A DNA stretch of 64,000 nucleotides from Phallusia mammillata (taxonomy: Eukaryota), in contig OZ281496.1 of NCBI GenBank assembly GCA_965637545.1, forward strand, positions 4,464,001 to 4,528,000, written 5' to 3'. Each line of letters opens with the position of its first letter. The stretch's first letter is position 1. Below the pieces are notes generated by a model. That model saw only the letters and a list, made by a program, of their open reading frames with translations, was not told where the DNA came from and made no database searches. The position numbers and the translations under genes were made by a program. Shown piece by piece: positions 62,997 through 64,000 of the stretch.

Positions 62997-64000
62997 TTTT
63001 ACCTTGGAAAATGATGAACAGTAATAACACTAACTACCTAAAATCTGCGCCTCCTGCAAAAAAACTTGCCACATTAGGGTATAGCGGCACTCCGGTTGGA
63101 CACCTGAAACTTCTTAATATTGCCTGATATTTATTTATTAAGCGCCGATTTGCGACGCGACGCCAATGAAGACAGAATTACAGCTCAAATACAAGAGGAA
63201 GCAATCAAACTGGTGAATTGACGTTCGGTCGAACCTGCCAGAGACTTTTCCAGCCCAAGCAGACATTTTGGTCCATTCACAACGCCACCGAGATACCATT
63301 TGATCTAGGTACGTCACAATCAGTGATTTACTGCAACACAATGCGTGTGTTCTAAAACTTTCCAGTATGCTACAGAGTCTTAAGGCATGTACCTTTGCAC
63401 AACCGATGAACATTTCAAAGCCTGTTTTAATGTTTTAACTCATACGTAACCCACTTGCCTCGCAACATACAACCTGTAAATCTGCTGCAAAATATGTCTC
63501 TGCTTTAACTGGAATGGAACTGTAAGCCCGCGATGTGACAGTCTATAACAGGGCTTGTCAAACTGTGGGTCGCGAAATATAATTTTGGGGTATCGAAACA
63601 TCCTGAGTTCTTATGTCATTTGTCATTGTCTACAACGCCACCAAGATACCATTGGATTCAGGTAAAAATATTAAAAATTCAATCTTACATGTTGCTGTAG
63701 AAATCAATCTTACATGTTGCTGTAGAAAATTTTTAGTAAAGCAACTTTTTTTTCCGAAAACAATAAGTTTCCCACTAGTGAAAAATTGGTATAATTGTAA
63801 CTATATTTGCAACGAAATTAGTGAGGTGAAATCGGATTCGGCTTAAGATTTTAGGAAAAGACGAGGTAGTTAACTTTCACTGAACAAAGTAAGCATACCC
63901 AACACTATCCACTATTATAGCGGATCACCGCCCTTAACTTACTACATTTCCCATGCACTGACGTCTTACTGCTAAAGACAAAGGTGTAATGTTCACACCG

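Larger units (their letters stand above)
55050..64000. repeat. Segmental duplicate of about 1900-9750 (exons, introns and flanks)
   Basis: Collinear similarity from the 3' flank (acacaacaatacttt..taatttcatgtc) through all 13 exons to the upstream block. Confidence 0.95.

Overview
AT-rich animal genomic DNA with many short GT-AG introns. It is probably an ascidian or other invertebrate chordate (inference from gene content only). All exon models were built by hand from splice signals, phase compatibility and paralogue comparison, and most are invisible in the supplied ORF track. Genes: (1) three minus-strand paralogues of a signal peptide-CUB-like-CUB-ZP-furin site-TM protein (CUZD1-type architecture). 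The copy at 2.2-9.2 kb is intact (13 exons), the copy at 12.6-19.4 kb has lost most of ZP-N, and the copy at 55.4-63.0 kb is a segmental duplicate of the first with a 5-nt frameshift. (2) A two-exon, about 1267-aa LGR-type GPCR with about 15 LDLa-like modules and no LRRs. (3) Five small orphan genes sharing an RIAFDNFDPNG-type exon or its tail. (4) An ACAT1 thiolase pseudogene interrupted by an internally deleted Mag-like Ty3/Gypsy element. Repeats and other elements: a Penelope-like GIY-YIG fragment, a 355-bp tRNA-like tandem unit, 33-bp and about 70-bp minisatellite arrays, MITEs and one 135-N gap. Best novel candidate: a 328-bp insertion at 10667-10994 with a 13-bp TSD, a 294-nt monomer plus 34-nt terminal redundancy, and a type I hammerhead ribozyme layout. 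Its 5' end lies within 1 nt of the predicted self-cleavage site, which is a retrozyme-like signature. Related hammerhead copies occur elsewhere in the window.
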